A stretch of 64,000 bases of DNA from Parasitella parasitica NRRL 2501 (taxonomy: Eukaryota; Fungi; Mucoromycota). Below are positions 62,960-64,000 of this stretch, piece after piece; position 1 is the stretch's first letter, and every line of letters begins with the position of its first letter. Where the stretch lies: contig MU619282.1 of assembly GCA_025201805.1 (NCBI GenBank), forward strand, positions 132,726 through 196,725, in the 5' to 3' direction. The notes under the pieces were generated by a model, which was not told where the DNA came from, did no database searches, and worked only from the letters and a program-made list of their open reading frames with translations. A program made the translations under genes and the position numbers.

Positions 62960-64000
62960 ATGGGAGTGGACATACTAGAATTCTGTACCCCTCCTATTCC
63001 AGGACAACCTCATAAATATTACGGAAATGCCCATAATAATTTCATTAAATTGCCTGTAGCTATACCACATACAACCATACAAAAGACAGTGTCGACAAAC
63101 AACTCCTTACATTCCATAGCAACCAGTGGCAATTTGACACTACTAAAAAGCATTTTACCGCTCTTACCGACACCTCAAAAAGCTGTAAATGAACCACACC
63201 CTTCTACTGGTTTAACTCCCTTACATTTCGCTGCTTCAAGAGGTCATTTCAACGTTGTAAAGTATCTCGTTGATGACTATTCTGCTTTAGTAGATGCAAA
63301 AGACAGAGAGGGCGAGGTAGGGACTCTATGGCAGCTTTGACAGCTGGTAAATCTCACTACTAAATTACGTATAGACTGCACTTTTAAAATCAGCCTACAA
63401 TGGCCATTATCATATTGTCGAGTACTTGGTCTCCAAGAGCGCCAATGTACATTTAAAAGACAAAGATGGCTGGACAGCTCTTCATAACGCATGTGCGAGA
63501 GGCTTCTTGCCTATCGCGCGATTACTTATTAAAAAAGGCGCCCGAGTAGATGTAAAGAGCAAGATGGGACACACTCCTCTAAGTAAGATGTCAAATTTAT
63601 CACGACAATCAATACATATTAGCCATGCTAATGATTTTATGTAGTTAATGCTGCATCCAAGGGCTACATCTCAATTGTAGAGTACCTATTGGTTGAATCT
63701 CATGCAAACCCCTTGATCAAGAATAATTTTGGCGAGGCAGCATATGATGTAAGCGCAGCTGCTGGGGAGTCTTACATATGCGAAATGCTACATAGAGCTG
63801 GTAAATCATGGTGGAAAATGCAACACAACTCGGAAGGTAGCACGTTCTTGTGAGATATTAAAAAAATGTAAAACTAACAATCAATGAAGGCAATGGATCA
63901 GCTTCAAGGTACAATTTGCTGGATTTCCATGTTACGGTTATGGTCGTCATACATGAAAATGAAAGATCGTCTTCTTTATTGGGGCTATCAAAACCTCAGT
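62960..64000 (+). CDS. Ankyrin-repeat protein, 3'-incomplete
   Basis: TGLTPLHFAASRGH, DGWTALHNACARG, GHTPL-NAASKG with introns; runs off the window. Confidence 0.88.

Overview
AT-rich, intron-dense eukaryotic DNA with short GT-AG introns, most consistent with a Mucorales fungus (inferred from gene families and intron style). Two housekeeping blocks (about 0.9-24.8 kb and 51-64 kb) contain CHO2, an alpha-arrestin, a CCDC137-like gene, MED27, a DnaJ protein, EF1-beta, a Na/K-type P-ATPase, a bHLH-ZIP factor, ILV1, RRP14/SURF6 and two ankyrin genes. They flank a transposon-rich island (about 25.2-50.5 kb) that is interrupted only by a syntaxin gene. Main observations: (1) A 10,765-bp composite-transposon-like unit (33914-44678) is bounded by TA dinucleotides. 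Its two inverted 1,962-bp arms each encode the same DD34E Tc1/mariner transposase, and they enclose an apparently intact 8-exon PD-(D/E)xK nuclease-fold gene. (2) Two head-to-tail Helitron derivatives sit in intron 1 of that cargo gene and end in a long GCGAAGC-capped hairpin plus a non-canonical CTCG terminus. (3) Two different Fanzor/TnpB-like RNA-guided nuclease remnants (3-269 and 25252-27077); the second has a hairpin over its stop codon, a candidate omegaRNA. (4) A DIRS-type RT/RNase H fragment, a second Tc1 family, further Helitron and nuclease-fold pseudogenes, and two non-coding repeats with covarying stems. Exon boundaries were read by eye. No database searches were run.
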